NCBI GenBank assembly: GCA_030828405.1
Contig: JAURCP010000002.1
Span: forward strand, 70,935 to 134,934
Length of the DNA: 64,000 nucleotides
Direction of reading: 5' to 3'
Source: Thermoplasmatota archaeon
GTDB lineage: Archaea; Thermoplasmatota; Poseidoniia; Poseidoniales; Thalassarchaeaceae
The position numbers and the translations under genes were made by a program. Every line of letters begins with the position of its first letter. Within the stretch, counting starts at the first letter, position 1. This document shows positions 41,352 to 49,561 of the stretch, in pieces. Below the pieces are notes generated by a model that saw only the letters and a list, made by a program, of their open reading frames with translations, did not search any database and was not told the origin of the DNA.

Positions 41352-41650
41352 TATCGCACCTCCACTTGGTATCCATTCTGTTCAAGGACTTTGGCAGCCC
41401 TTTTCTTGTGCTCTCCTTGTAATTCAATAGTACGGTCTTTTACTGTACCACCAGCAGCACAAGAACTTTTCAGAATCTTGGCAAGTTTATTGATATCAAT
41501 AGCTACATCATTAATTCCTTCGACGATTGTAACCATTTTCCCATACCTCCTTCTAACTACTGAAATTATTGCTTTTTGTTGTTCCTTTGCTATTTCTTGG
41601 CATATACATAACTCATCAGGTAAACCACATAGATTACATATACCTGCCAT
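41351..41650 (-). CDS. sui1: Translation initiation factor aSUI1 (eIF1 homologue)
   Basis: N-terminal Cys cluster (CNLCGLPDELCIC) plus SUI1 core (RRRYGKMVTIVEGI..GGTVKDRTIELQGEH). Confidence 0.88.
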   Translation of the reverse strand: MAGICNLCGLPDELCICQEIAKEQQKAIISVVRRRYGKMVTIVEGINDVAIDINKLAKILKSSCAAGGTVKDRTIELQGEHKKRAAKVLEQNGYQVEVR

Positions 41651-41656
41651 TTATTT

Positions 41657-41860
41657 CTACTCCTGCGAATCCTCGTTCATTTTTGTTAATAAACGGGCAA
41701 TACTACGCCTTGTCGCTTTGTACGAACCTGAATCAGATAATGAACCACCGAGTGCTTGTTGAGCGCGTAATTGAAGCATTTCTTCACGAAGTTCCTCCAA
41801 ACGGCGTTGCCTTTGTTCGACATTCATGCCATCTATTTCTCTGGATGAAAGATGTGTCAT
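41657..41860 (-). CDS. rpl29: 50S ribosomal protein uL29
   Basis: 67 aa with a LEELREEMLQLRAQQALGG coiled pattern, positioned after uS3. Confidence 0.88.
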   Translation of the reverse strand: MTHLSSREIDGMNVEQRQRRLEELREEMLQLRAQQALGGSLSDSGSYKATRRSIARLLTKMNEDSQE

Positions 41861-42610
41861 TCACTCTTCCTCCTTAACATCAGCAGTTTCAATGTCTGCC
41901 ATCTTTTGCAATACAGAGTCTACTACATCTTCAGCTTCAGACTCAACTGTTTCTTCAGAAGGTGCTTCAATCATTGAAACTTCAGCTATTGGATCGAGCC
42001 CCACTTCGTGGCGCTCATGAATATTAATTTCGTGAGGAAGTTGTACCCCTTTACGCATTATCCTAACTGTACAACCAATTGTCCCCAATTTCTTTACACA
42101 AACTGAGAAACCTGTGTCCATGAATTCTAATGCTGTTTCACCACAGAACTTGATATGCCCCTTTTGGAACTTCTCAACTCTGTGCCTTGCACCGGTTATC
42201 TTTCCAGAAATAATAATCAGACACCCTCTAGCGCCAGCATCCATGATATTCTGAGCTGTACTGTGGCCAGCTCTCCGGAAGAACCAGCCTCTTTCTAATG
42301 AACTGGCTAGTCTACTAGCCATTACTTGAGCATTCAAACGTTGTTCCTCTATCTCTGTTACTTCGAGATGAGGATTCTCTAAATTGAAATCTTCTTGTAG
42401 TCTTTTTTGTAATTCATGAATTACTTTTCCTCTACGGCCTATTACACGACCTACTTGTTCTGCATGAAGAGTTACTTTGGTCCCTTCTGGAGTTCTATTA
42501 AAATCAAGCCCTCCAAAACCTGCACGTTCTGTCTCTTTGAGTAAATACTCACGTACAAGTTGACGTTCTACATTACGATTAATGAAAGTTCTAATTGTGT
42601 TTTGCTTCAT
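41861..42610 (-). CDS. rps3: 30S ribosomal protein uS3
   Basis: KH domain (VIGRRGKVIHELQ), a conserved C-domain and an acidic tail. Confidence 0.93.
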   Translation of the reverse strand: MKQNTIRTFINRNVERQLVREYLLKETERAGFGGLDFNRTPEGTKVTLHAEQVGRVIGRRGKVIHELQKRLQEDFNLENPHLEVTEIEEQRLNAQVMASRLASSLERGWFFRRAGHSTAQNIMDAGARGCLIIISGKITGARHRVEKFQKGHIKFCGETALEFMDTGFSVCVKKLGTIGCTVRIMRKGVQLPHEINIHERHEVGLDPIAEVSMIEAPSEETVESEAEDVVDSVLQKMADIETADVKEEE

Positions 42611-42620
42611 TTTTTACACC

Positions 42621-43145
42621 TCAGAATTCATCCTCTACTTCTTCTTCACCGAAATGTTCCAAGAATATTTCAATATTTACTTGATAATGATTATCAGGAG
42701 TTGCACGACCTTGAGCACGAGGTCTCCATCCACGATGGATCTGCCCACGATGTGATGCAAGGTGGGTAATGACCATTTCATCGGGCTCTATTGAATCGTA
42801 CCTTTGACGAGCATTATCCATTGCACTTTTTATCAGCTTAATGAATACTTTAGAGGCTTTGCGAGGAAACTTTCCAGGACCCATCTTTCCTTTTCTATGA
42901 CCTGCCATAGTATTTCCGCCACGGCCTCTACGTGTACGGCGTGTGTAAGGAATTGCTTTCTTTTCAGCAATTACGTCTTCTAAATATGAAATTGCATCGG
43001 AAGCATTCATTCCACGTAACGCCTTTGCGATGTGCAGGCAGTGTTTCTGATGAACGTCGACATTCACTGCACGGGCTGAAACTAAGTTTGAGCCTTCGAG
43101 AAGTTGTGTGTATCCTGATTGTGATTTACCTGTAATTCTACTCAT
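42621..43145 (-). CDS. rpl22: 50S ribosomal protein uL22
   Basis: VSARAVNVDVHQKHCLHIAKALRGM pattern and operon position. Confidence 0.92.
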   Translation of the reverse strand: MSRITGKSQSGYTQLLEGSNLVSARAVNVDVHQKHCLHIAKALRGMNASDAISYLEDVIAEKKAIPYTRRTRRGRGGNTMAGHRKGKMGPGKFPRKASKVFIKLIKSAMDNARQRYDSIEPDEMVITHLASHRGQIHRGWRPRAQGRATPDNHYQVNIEIFLEHFGEEEVEDEF

Positions 43146-43154
43146 TTTTTCACC

Positions 43155-43655
43155 TCACTTCAACGCCACGTGTGTAGAAGATCTAGTAGCACCAACACCT
43201 GGACCTGTGTGAGTTACTGAACTTCTTGTCATTGCAAATTCACCTAAAGCATGACCTATCATTTCTGGAATAATTTCTACGTTTACGAAATCCTTACCAT
43301 TGTGGATTCCAATTGTTGTCCCTACCATTTCTGGCAGAATGTACATCCTTCTAGAATGTGTTCTGATTACTTTTCCTGAAGTATTACCTCTAATCTTTTC
43401 AAGTAATTTCTCACAATCAAGATTTAAACCGCGAGATAATGACCTCTTTGCACGAGAGGGCATTAAAGTAGCAATGCAAATTGCACTCAAATCATCTTCT
43501 GGAGGATAGAGAGGCATTTGTTTTAATTCTTCAATTGTGTAACCTCTCCATAAGAATTCTTTCTTTCGGCGTTCTGAGATTTGAGAACGGCGCTTTCTGG
43601 CTTGTCGACGCGCTAATTTAGGTGAACGGAACATTTTCTTGGATTTTCTTGCCAT
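43155..43655 (-). CDS. rps19: 30S ribosomal protein uS19 (with basic N-terminal extension of about 30 aa)
   Basis: Core [45 protein letters not shown] lies upstream of ATG 43655. Confidence 0.92.
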   Translation of the reverse strand: MARKSKKMFRSPKLARRQARKRRSQISERRKKEFLWRGYTIEELKQMPLYPPEDDLSAICIATLMPSRAKRSLSRGLNLDCEKLLEKIRGNTSGKVIRTHSRRMYILPEMVGTTIGIHNGKDFVNVEIIPEMIGHALGEFAMTRSSVTHTGPGVGATRSSTHVALK

Positions 43656-43657
43656 AT

Positions 43658-44386
43658 TTATACCTCCTCATCTTTCGCTCTTACACGACCACGGCCTGTT
43701 CTTCTTGGAGCAATATTTCCTACCTTCTTACCTGGCGGAGCGTTTCGGCTAACCGAGTTTGGTCCGTGAACTGCTTGGTGATTTCCACCACCATGAGGGT
43801 GATCTACTGGGTTCATTGCAACACCACTTACTGTTGGATATAATTTACCACGAGCTTTTGCCCTGTAATGTGCGGCTCCAGCCTTCATCAACGGTTTTTC
43901 AGTTCTTCCATGGCCTGATAGTACGCCTATGGTTGCTCGACACTTTGCATTGAGTTCTTTCAAACGACCGCTAGGTAGTCTAACTCGAACTTTATCATCC
44001 ATTCTAGTCTCTAAGATTGCAGAGTTCCCTCCAGAACGTGCGAGTTTACCTCCATCTCCTGGTCTTAGTTCAACATTGCATACAGGAGTACCCTCAGGGA
44101 TTTTATCAAGAGTCGTTACATTTCCTGGCCTTAATGAGACATTATCACCGAAAGCAATGTTTTGCCCTACTGATATTCCCTCTGGAGCAGCCATGTGACC
44201 TATTCTACCGTCTTCAAACTTAATTTTAGCGAGAGGAGTTGTGTGCACGGGGCTGTGTACTAAATCCACTACTTCTGCAATCTCCCCATTAACTCTTGGA
44301 AGCTTATTCATAGCCGGGAATCGATGACTCGAAACTTTATTTTTAGGACTTGAACCCCTACGTTGTGATCTTGTTCTTTTACCCAT
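43658..44386 (-). CDS. rpl2: 50S ribosomal protein uL2
   Basis: [33 protein letters not shown]. Confidence 0.96.
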   Translation of the reverse strand: MGKRTRSQRRGSSPKNKVSSHRFPAMNKLPRVNGEIAEVVDLVHSPVHTTPLAKIKFEDGRIGHMAAPEGISVGQNIAFGDNVSLRPGNVTTLDKIPEGTPVCNVELRPGDGGKLARSGGNSAILETRMDDKVRVRLPSGRLKELNAKCRATIGVLSGHGRTEKPLMKAGAAHYRAKARGKLYPTVSGVAMNPVDHPHGGGNHQAVHGPNSVSRNAPPGKKVGNIAPRRTGRGRVRAKDEEV

Positions 44387-44395
44387 AATATCACC

Positions 44396-44686
44396 TCAGA
44401 AAGCGCCTAACTTAAGCGCAGCCTCCTCTGCATCATATCCTTCTGCAAGTCTAATACTTGCATGCTTACCTGTGATTGTTATTTTCGTATTCACTTTGGC
44501 CACTTTAACATCTAAAAGCATCTCAACAGCATCGCGGATTTGTTTTTTAGTTGATTCTCTGCGAACAATGAACTCGATGCGGTTATTATTCTCTCGGTAA
44601 TTATTTTCTAAGTCTGCAACTCTACGAGCCTCTAGAGTCTTCTCTGTAATCCAAGGCATCAAAATTATATCGTAAGGATTTACCAT
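44396..44686 (-). CDS. rpl23: 50S ribosomal protein uL23
   Basis: Start set at ATG 44686, preceded by the SD GGAGTGA that lies in the uL4 3' end. The ORF-track GTG is at 44695. The PWITEK..N...F.V pattern fits uL23. Confidence 0.9.
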   Translation of the reverse strand: MVNPYDIILMPWITEKTLEARRVADLENNYRENNNRIEFIVRRESTKKQIRDAVEMLLDVKVAKVNTKITITGKHASIRLAEGYDAEEAALKLGAF

Positions 44687-44691
44687 TTTTA

Positions 44692-45570
44692 TCACTCCAT
44701 TGCCTTTATTGCTGACTTAGTCCAAACTGTTAAACGGCCTAAATCTCCACCTGGAGCAAGATCTTCTGCACACAAATCTTTAGCTGCTACAACGTCAACA
44801 CCAGGAACATTCCTTGCTGCTTTATGTAAACCATCTCGATTCGCAACTACCAACAAAATACTCTTAGGTGTACGATATTTTCTTCCTCTCATAGTACCTT
44901 TTCCTGCACGAATTGTTCTTCCGGATTTAGCCCTTTTTAAATCAGCACCAAGACCCAGTCCCTCCATCATAGCCACAAACTTCCTTGTAGAGTTTAGTAA
45001 AGGTAATGATTCAACATCGAATTTTTCAATAGAACCTTCGCGAGATTCTGTGTATGAATCAATAATTATTGGGAATCTAACATTCTCATCGAAATTGTGC
45101 CCTCGAGATGAGACCATGTCGGGATTAACTGTAGCCGCTATAGCGGAATTGCGGGCGAGAGTTTTCTGCTTACTATTTAATTTCTGGGACCAATCCTTAG
45201 CCACTTTAGGACCATGTGCTCTTCGGCCACCACGTGTATGTGGATTTTGAGCTCCGGTCCTTTGACCTGTTTTTCTCATAATCCTAGATACACCACGACC
45301 TTTGCCCCACCATTCTACAGAATGTTTCATTCCTGGCTGAGGTGCACGCTTTCCATCATGTTCGTTGTGCCCGTATGATTGTCGACGGTTAGCACGGGAT
45401 GAATGAACTGCAGATCTAACTAAATCTTCACGGATGTCTGATTCAAAAACTGAAGGTAAAGTCATTGCTTTACCATCAGTAGTTTCGACAACATAAGATT
45501 CTGCTAACAAACCTGCATCCAACTCTTCCTGTTCAACATTTGACTGTAAGTTGTAAGTTTTTACTTTCAT
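44692..45570 (-). CDS. rpl4: 50S ribosomal protein uL4
   Basis: WGKGRGVSRIMRK..G..RRAHGPK pattern and operon position after uL3. Confidence 0.93.
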   Translation of the reverse strand: MKVKTYNLQSNVEQEELDAGLLAESYVVETTDGKAMTLPSVFESDIREDLVRSAVHSSRANRRQSYGHNEHDGKRAPQPGMKHSVEWWGKGRGVSRIMRKTGQRTGAQNPHTRGGRRAHGPKVAKDWSQKLNSKQKTLARNSAIAATVNPDMVSSRGHNFDENVRFPIIIDSYTESREGSIEKFDVESLPLLNSTRKFVAMMEGLGLGADLKRAKSGRTIRAGKGTMRGRKYRTPKSILLVVANRDGLHKAARNVPGVDVVAAKDLCAEDLAPGGDLGRLTVWTKSAIKAME

Positions 45571-45574
45571 CTAT

Positions 45575-46654
45575 TCAGACCCCCTGCTTTGATGATGTAC
45601 TGACATATGTCAAGTCAACATCTGGTTTACTAGCTCTAGGCCTTATAGCGTCCCTGAATCTCAACATACGCTTAGCAGGTCCAGGAAGGCTTCCTTCGAT
45701 AATCATGTAATCGTTTGATACTTCGCCATAATGTAGGAAACCACCCTCAGGAGTGATGTCAGATTCATTTGGTTGAGATATACGGAGGATTCTTTTATTC
45801 ATTTCAGTTCTTTGGTGATATCCTGTTTGACCAGCCTGGCGTATAGTTTTCCTAACATATCCAGTACCGAAGTCACCCATGTTCCCACCTTGTCTTCGGC
45901 GCTTACTATTTTTATGACTGAGAAGTTTGATTCCCCATCTTTTAATTGAACCTTGCCAACCTTTACCCTTAGTGACGCCAATCACATCAATTTCAGTACC
46001 TATGTCATAAACATCTGAAGCAGTGATTGTCCCGCCCAAGCGTTCTTTGGCCCACATCAATTTTTCATTATTGTCTCCGCCAACTAAACCTACCTCCATA
46101 ATTTCAGGAGTTTTGCTATTTATGCTCTTGACCATTGCTGGCTGAGTTGCAACAATAAGGCGAACATCGCACAAATCTGAATTTACTAAGGCTTCGAAGG
46201 CTGCCTCTGACGATCCATTGCTTCGACCAGGGATTCTTCCGGCTCTCTTTTCTGGCTTTCGACCTTCTTCAGCGTCACGCTCTCCACGTGTCTGATTGGC
46301 GAATCGAGGCATCAATCCTTGAGGTCCTTCATCAGATGCATTAATCCAATACTCACCTGAAGTTTGCATACCGTATGGAGTCATTCTATATCCTCTGACT
46401 GCTAATACACTCATAGGTGGTACTTCAACAACTGTAACTGCTTTCCTTACTTCTTGTCCAGCAGATGTAGAATGAGGGTTAGTATCTCTAATCAGAACGT
46501 GAGTCATTCCTGCCTTCCAGCCTGCGAATCCTTGTACTCTTATCTCTGATGCATCTGTTTCCGGCCATGATGTGATACGACCATACGGTCTAATTGCCCT
46601 CTTTCTAGGGCTAAAGCCCATGCTACCACGGCGGGGTTTACTACGGTCAGCCAT
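45575..46654 (-). CDS. rpl3: 50S ribosomal protein uL3
   Basis: PRRGSMGFSPRKRA N-terminus, FAGWKAGMTHV, GVTKGKGWQG. SD GGAGG lies 8 nt upstream of the ATG. Confidence 0.96.
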   Translation of the reverse strand: MADRSKPRRGSMGFSPRKRAIRPYGRITSWPETDASEIRVQGFAGWKAGMTHVLIRDTNPHSTSAGQEVRKAVTVVEVPPMSVLAVRGYRMTPYGMQTSGEYWINASDEGPQGLMPRFANQTRGERDAEEGRKPEKRAGRIPGRSNGSSEAAFEALVNSDLCDVRLIVATQPAMVKSINSKTPEIMEVGLVGGDNNEKLMWAKERLGGTITASDVYDIGTEIDVIGVTKGKGWQGSIKRWGIKLLSHKNSKRRRQGGNMGDFGTGYVRKTIRQAGQTGYHQRTEMNKRILRISQPNESDITPEGGFLHYGEVSNDYMIIEGSLPGPAKRMLRFRDAIRPRASKPDVDLTYVSTSSKQGV

Positions 46655-46946
46655 TTTTGCTTCCTCCTTTTTTAAATTACCAACTTATGCCGCAGTGCGG
46701 CATTTTGCCGGGCCCTTAACGCTAGGGAGATACCGTGACACCGAACCAAAAACACGAATGTATTTTTGGTGTGCGGGTTGCTTTTGCATTGCCCTATAGT
46801 GTCTGGTATCTCACGTTGTGAGCGGCCTTGCGACCTACCATCCCTTTATGAAAGAATCGGGAATGAAACATTGCACTCAAAGTGTGATTAATGAAAAAGC
46901 CGAGCGGTGTAACTATTTTGAACCCTGTCCTTGAGGTAGGTAACCT

Positions 46947-48704
46947 ATGAGGCACGTCGTCCAACATACAGAGTTAGTTGAGGGCTCTGTTGAAGCTCGC
47001 GCATACCAACTAGAAGCAGTTGATGAAGCACTTGCTGGATCAATGTTACTTGTGTTACCAACAGCTGCTGGAAAGACAGCCGTTTCTTGGATGTTAATCG
47101 CTGAAATATTACATTCAAAACAAGGTTGGGTGTTATTTATTGCACCTACAAGTGCGCTAGTTGATCAACATTTAAAAGATTTAAAAAAGGTAATGAAGAA
47201 TGTTGAAGCCATCTCTATAACTGGAAGTAATATTCCAAAAAAACGTGAGAAATTATGGAAAAACTCGAAAATTATTGTAGCTACGCCGCAGGTTGTACGT
47301 AATGATGTATTGAATGGTATTTTATCTTTGGAAGAATGTTCATTACTAATTCTAGATGAAGCACATCATTCCACAGGTAAACATGCCATGGTTCAATCGG
47401 CTGAGATGTTTTGTTTATCGGCAAAAAATGGACATATTTTGGGTGCTACTGCTAGTCCCGGTTCTAATTCAATGATTGTGAATGAGATTTGTAGTAGATT
47501 GAAAATTGAAAGAATTCATATCAGAAAAGCGAATGACCCCATGTTGAAAGATTACCTTTCAGGTTTAGAAATACAAGAAATATTAGTGAATGTCCCAGAA
47601 GAAATTAAGATGTTAGTTGCTCCATTAGAGTTATGGATTGGCAGTATTGTAGACAGAGAAAGAAGGCTAGGGAAGTATGTCAGAACGGGGCCGCCCTCAT
47701 TTGGAGGGCTTAAAGAAGCCATGAATAGAGCGCAACATTCGATTAAATTGGGTGATGTAAGAGGATATTCATCTGTATCCAATATAGCAACTGCAATGAC
47801 CTTGAATCACCTAATTAATCACCTTCTGACACAAGGAATTACTGCAGCAAGAGAATTTTTAGACGCCTCAGCCGATTTTAGTAACAATCCAAGTAAATCA
47901 ATTCAAAATTTCCACAAAGATAGAAGAATAATTGAATTGAAGGAATCATTATCTAAAATAGAAGAAATTCATAATAAAGTTGGCACTGTAAGAAGATTAG
48001 TTAGACATAGATTGAGAAGGGATCCTAATAGCAAGATTATCATTTTTGCATCTTTTAGGAATACTGTAGAATCTTTGGAAGAGGCATTGGTTGACTTAAA
48101 CGGCGTCAAATCAGTACAAATGATTGGACAGTCAGAAAGAGCTGGTAAAAAAGGTCTCAAACCAAAAGAGCAAATTGAAGTTCTAAATAAATTTAGAGAA
48201 GGAGAATACAATGTCCTTGTAGCAACCTCGGTTGCTGAAGAAGGGTTAGATATTCCGAGTGCTGACTTAGTCATATTTTATGAGCCAGTAGGTAGTGAAA
48301 TTAGAACAATTCAGAGAAGAGGAAGGACAGGAAGGCATAGAGAAGGAGAAGTAATCGTCCTTATTGCAGAAGGAACTCGTGACGAAAATATGAGATCTTC
48401 AGCCCAAAAGAAGGAAGAGAATATGTATAGCTCTGTTCAAAGAGTAAGGAGGAAGTTACCTAGAAAAAATCATCAAGACTTATCAAAAATACAGGGATTC
48501 TTTGTAATAGGAGATAATGAGACGATTTCTGCAGCTGATTACGTTAGAAGAGAAAGAGAACTTTATCGCCCCATAATGAAAAAAATAGACTTGAACGAAG
48601 TAGTCGTTACAGAAAAGGATGAAGCCATAAAGATAGAACCGGCGAAATATAGGCCAATAGGTCAAAGAGGATTGGAAGATTTTGATAGAGAAAGTGATGA
48701 TTAA
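46947..48704 (+). CDS. hef: Hef/FANCM (Mph1)-family SF2 helicase, helicase part only
   Basis: Motif I PTAAGKT, II LILDEAHH, III ATASPGS, VI QRRGRTGR, plus the family-typical helical insertion between the RecA lobes. The protein ends about 100 aa after motif VI with no ERCC4 nuclease motif. Confidence 0.8.
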   Translation: MRHVVQHTELVEGSVEARAYQLEAVDEALAGSMLLVLPTAAGKTAVSWMLIAEILHSKQGWVLFIAPTSALVDQHLKDLKKVMKNVEAISITGSNIPKKREKLWKNSKIIVATPQVVRNDVLNGILSLEECSLLILDEAHHSTGKHAMVQSAEMFCLSAKNGHILGATASPGSNSMIVNEICSRLKIERIHIRKANDPMLKDYLSGLEIQEILVNVPEEIKMLVAPLELWIGSIVDRERRLGKYVRTGPPSFGGLKEAMNRAQHSIKLGDVRGYSSVSNIATAMTLNHLINHLLTQGITAAREFLDASADFSNNPSKSIQNFHKDRRIIELKESLSKIEEIHNKVGTVRRLVRHRLRRDPNSKIIIFASFRNTVESLEEALVDLNGVKSVQMIGQSERAGKKGLKPKEQIEVLNKFREGEYNVLVATSVAEEGLDIPSADLVIFYEPVGSEIRTIQRRGRTGRHREGEVIVLIAEGTRDENMRSSAQKKEENMYSSVQRVRRKLPRKNHQDLSKIQGFFVIGDNETISAADYVRRERELYRPIMKKIDLNEVVVTEKDEAIKIEPAKYRPIGQRGLEDFDRESDD

Positions 48705-49561
48705 TCTCCAATTACCATTACCCTTGTCCTTAGTTGAGCGAATCTAGTATTATAATGCCCCAGAGCAAAAGTCAATATTTCACAAAGATGAATGACTGGA
48801 ATATTTGTTCTGAGACCAGTTCTCTGAGAGGCCTTTCCTTGATATATGTCCATGACAGAATGAGATAAGTTACAAGCACTAACAATTAATTGAGCACCCT
48901 CTGATTTAGCGTCGTTAAGTACTGAGGCAGATAATTTGAGGACTGTAGGCTCTTCAGATAACAAGCTAGGAGCACCCACACTTTGCATTCTTGAGTCCCA
49001 TTTAACTGGTTGACCACCTAAAGTTTTCATCAGCTGTTCCATATAATCTGGGTCATAAACGTCGTCACCACCGCAAAACCCATCTTGTTGCATATTGGGT
49101 CCATAATATGAAGCAACTGTGAAATCTATAGGGTTCACAACCATGGGTTTGACTTTATCGAGACCGATTTCATCTACGATGACATGTAATAAATGATTGA
49201 CAGAGGTTTCACCTGTAAATTCCATCCCACAAGTCTTAGCTAAAACATCGTTAATTTCTGCTAATAATATCGGATCAGACCTTAATTCCATCAGATCTTC
49301 AGAAAGATTTCCTGCTGTAGAAGCACAGGGAGTGATTATTTCCAGGCCGAGTGCCTCGGCCTGTGCAAAAATACGAGCATTTAGCGCTAATTGTAACTTT
49401 TTATTGGCTTGACGAATTATTCCTGCGCCACAACTCGTTGCACCTTCTAGAGGTGTGAGCTTAATCCCCAATGATTTAGCTAAAGGTATCATAGAGTCTG
49501 TAACTTCAGGAGAACCAGAGTGGGCTACATTTCCTGGGTGATAGGCATAATTCATTGGCAT
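48701..49561 (-). CDS. HdrB/SdhE/LutA-like protein with two degenerate CCG domains
   Basis: Colinear with HdrB-family proteins (YAYHPG.., LGIKL..CGAG, ARIFAQAE..GLEIITPC, IVSACN, IPVIHLCEIL), but most canonical Cys positions are substituted. The start overlaps the upstream stop (TAATG). Confidence 0.7.
   Translation of the reverse strand: MPMNYAYHPGNVAHSGSPEVTDSMIPLAKSLGIKLTPLEGATSCGAGIIRQANKKLQLALNARIFAQAEALGLEIITPCASTAGNLSEDLMELRSDPILLAEINDVLAKTCGMEFTGETSVNHLLHVIVDEIGLDKVKPMVVNPIDFTVASYYGPNMQQDGFCGGDDVYDPDYMEQLMKTLGGQPVKWDSRMQSVGAPSLLSEEPTVLKLSASVLNDAKSEGAQLIVSACNLSHSVMDIYQGKASQRTGLRTNIPVIHLCEILTFALGHYNTRFAQLRTRVMVIGD

Noticed and set aside
46700-46760. Possible 5S rRNA or other known RNA gene in the uL3 upstream spacer, based on CCGAAC and GTTAAG strings.
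   Set aside because: The two 5S-like strings are on opposite strands and in the wrong order. No RNase P (GAGGAAAGUCC) or SRP helix-8 signatures were seen. The region is kept only as an unclassified structured element.
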